A model generated the notes under the pieces. The model did no database searches and was not told where the DNA came from. It saw only the letters and a list, made by a program, of their open reading frames with translations. A DNA stretch of 64,000 nucleotides from contig CAZPHC010000008.1 of assembly GCA_964586155.1 (NCBI GenBank), positions 112,110 through 176,109 of the forward strand, written 5' to 3'. The position numbers were made by a program, and so were the translations under genes. Numbering within the stretch: position 1 is the stretch's first letter; the number at the start of each line of letters is the position of its first letter. Source of the stretch: an uncultured Enterobacteriaceae bacterium (GTDB taxonomy: Bacteria > Myxococcota_A > UBA9042). Shown piece by piece: positions 62,315 to 64,000 of the stretch.

Positions 62315-63217
62315 CTACTCGCCCTCCTCGTCGCCAGCTTCGCCCCCCTCGTCCTCGCCGTCGCCCGTGCCGTCGACGCGCAGCGAGGGGCCCTGATCCA
62401 GGTTGGCTCCGTCGCCCTCGTCGATGCCGTCCTCCTCGGGATCCGGGGCGTCGAGGTCCGGGTCGTCTGGCACCTCGCCGTGCGGGTCGTCTGGCACCTC
62501 GCCGCCGTGCGGGTCGTCTGGCACCTCGCCGTGCGTTTCGCCCTGCGGCTCCTCGCCCTGCGCCAGGGCGCTGCGCAGGCTCGACAGGCGCTGCAGCTTC
62601 GGCATCAGCCGCGTGCGGGCCAGGTTCGTGACCTCGGTGCGCTCGTCGTCGGTCAGCTCGTCTTGGATCGCGCTGGCCTCGCGGCTGACCTCTTGCAGGT
62701 CGCGGCCCAGTCGCACCCACACCTCCGTCGCGGCGTCTTGCTGTCCGGTTCCCTGCAGGCGCTCGAGCTCGTCGATGGCGCCACCGACGCGCGCGTCCAG
62801 CAGCTCGATGGTCCGCTGCGCGCGCTGGAAGGCCGCGGAGCGCGGCGGCTCTGGCTCTGGCGCGTCGTCGGCGAAGAGCCGCTCCGCCGTCCCCGTCTGC
62901 GGCGGCATCGGCGGCATCGCGACGGTGCCGGGCGGCGAGGCGCTGGCGACCTGGGGCAGCGCGGGCAGGCGGCCGGGGACGACCAGCCGCGCGCCGTCGT
63001 CGTCGCCGTCGCCGCGCTCGTCTGCGCGCTCGTCTGCGCGCTCGTCTGGGCGCTCGTCGTCCGCGGCGTCGCGCGCGTTCGCGGCCTCGTCGCCGCGGCC
63101 TTCGGCGGCGCGGTCGTCGTCGCGCAGGCGCTGTGGTGTCGCCGCGAGGCCCCAGGACAAGGTCGAGACGGTCGCCACCACTGCCATCGCCAGCGCCAAG
63201 GTCGTTCGGGACGTCAT
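62315..63217 (-). CDS. secreted, highly acidic low-complexity protein
   Basis: GGGAGG RBS, ATG at 63217. The signal is MTSRTTLALAMAVVATVSTLSWG. ERADERADER and GEVPDDPHG repeats are present, and the C-terminus is Asp/Glu-rich. Confidence 0.6.
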   Translation of the reverse strand: MTSRTTLALAMAVVATVSTLSWGLAATPQRLRDDDRAAEGRGDEAANARDAADDERPDERADERADERGDGDDDGARLVVPGRLPALPQVASASPPGTVAMPPMPPQTGTAERLFADDAPEPEPPRSAAFQRAQRTIELLDARVGGAIDELERLQGTGQQDAATEVWVRLGRDLQEVSREASAIQDELTDDERTEVTNLARTRLMPKLQRLSSLRSALAQGEEPQGETHGEVPDDPHGGEVPDDPHGEVPDDPDLDAPDPEEDGIDEGDGANLDQGPSLRVDGTGDGEDEGGEAGDEEGE

Positions 63218-63377
63218 CGGAGCCTCCCTGCGGCGGTCGCAGCTGCGCGCCGTGGTGGCAGAGACGCGCCAGGGCCGGCTGGGATCTACGGCGTCTCCTG
63301 GCGTCGATCCTCGCCTTCGTGGCAAACTCGCCGCATGGAGCGAACCCGCGTCGTCGCGACGCATATTCGGGTGGAGC

Positions 63378-64000
63378 ATGGCGACCGCGAAGAAGAGGCC
63401 CGCGTCCGGTGGGCCCCGGCAGTACCGCATCCTCTCGTTCGACGGCGGGCCTTCGACCGTGGACTACCTGCGCCAGCTGCGGGTGATCGAGCACGAGCGG
63501 CCCGGATTCCTCGACCGCGTCGACATGTTCGCCGGCACCTCGGACGGCGCCTGGGCGGCGCTGCACATGGCGACGCGCGCGCCGGGCACGCTCGGCATCG
63601 ACGCCATCGACCAGGCGATCCTGTTCAACGAACAGATCGTCAACTCGCTGAGCATGGGGCCGCTGGGGCTGATGCGGCTGGCGAGCGGGCTCACGTCGGC
63701 GATCGACAACCGCAAGCTGCTGCGCAACCTCGAGCGCGCCTACGGCAACGGCCCGGACGGCAAGCCGATCACCATGCGCGACGTGCACCGTGACGTCTGC
63801 GCCGTGACCTTCCACCTCGGCCAGCAGCCGGCGAAACCCGGCGCGCGCTTCTATCACAACCTGGCGCGGACGATGAAGGATCTGCCGGACGGCGGCAGCC
63901 ATCTGCCCTTCGAGGACCTCGACACGCCGGTGGCCGAGGTCGCGCTTCGCAGCGGCTCGTTCCCGATGCTCATGCCGATCCGCGCCGGCTTCGCCGACGG
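63378..64000 (+). CDS. patatin-like phospholipase (N-terminal part; runs off the window end)
   Basis: Absent from the ORF track because there is no stop in the window. ATG at 63378 follows GGAG. The translation is MATAKKRPASGGPRQYRILSFDGGPSTVDYL...MFAGTSDGAWAA (G-x-S-x-G)... Confidence 0.85.
   Translation, partial: MATAKKRPASGGPRQYRILSFDGGPSTVDYLRQLRVIEHERPGFLDRVDMFAGTSDGAWAALHMATRAPGTLGIDAIDQAILFNEQIVNSLSMGPLGLMRLASGLTSAIDNRKLLRNLERAYGNGPDGKPITMRDVHRDVCAVTFHLGQQPAKPGARFYHNLARTMKDLPDGGSHLPFEDLDTPVAEVALRSGSFPMLMPIRAGFAD

Overview
This is a very GC-rich bacterial chromosome segment (roughly 70 percent by eye, with strong GC3 bias in the true reading frames). The gene content points to a myxobacterium-like (Myxococcota) genome, though that taxon call is inference: four eukaryote-like Ser/Thr kinases, many lipoproteins, Myxococcus-type cysteine-rich repeats, a CarF/TMEM189-type desaturase and giant NHL/Cys-rich surface proteins. 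I call about 50 CDS and see no tRNA, rRNA, CRISPR array, transposase or integrase. The housekeeping blocks are hemB-amidase-speE (overlapping stops and starts), moaD-moaE, an argE-like M20 peptidase, fpr, tpm plus a PIG-L deacetylase, and a MATE pump. The rest is signalling genes and a dense set of secreted, Cys-rich, lectin-like proteins. Five things seem most worth a second look. (1) An orphan, translationally coupled four-gene operon (997-4518, minus strand) sits behind a 101-nt leader block. That block is duplicated 1.68 kb away around a VapBC cassette, and only one copy carries a (GCTC)x10 microsatellite. (2) A perfect (CAACG)x11 tract lies inside the first codons of a 1263-codon secreted metzincin/LamG protein, an opa-like translational phase-switch layout. 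(3) A 17-bp x6 tandem array and a shared 35-bp motif lie in the same accessory patch as the operon. (4) Two divergent paralogues share one stalk but carry a fibrinogen-like and a C1q-like head respectively. They flank a Ser/Thr kinase and contain a 96-nt near-identical inverted repeat. (5) A 2758-codon lipoprotein has four NHL propellers and a fibrinogen-like C-terminus. All family calls come from reading the translations by eye, and no database search was possible. Many very long ORFs in the supplied track are antisense or out-of-frame artefacts of the high GC content and are not reported.
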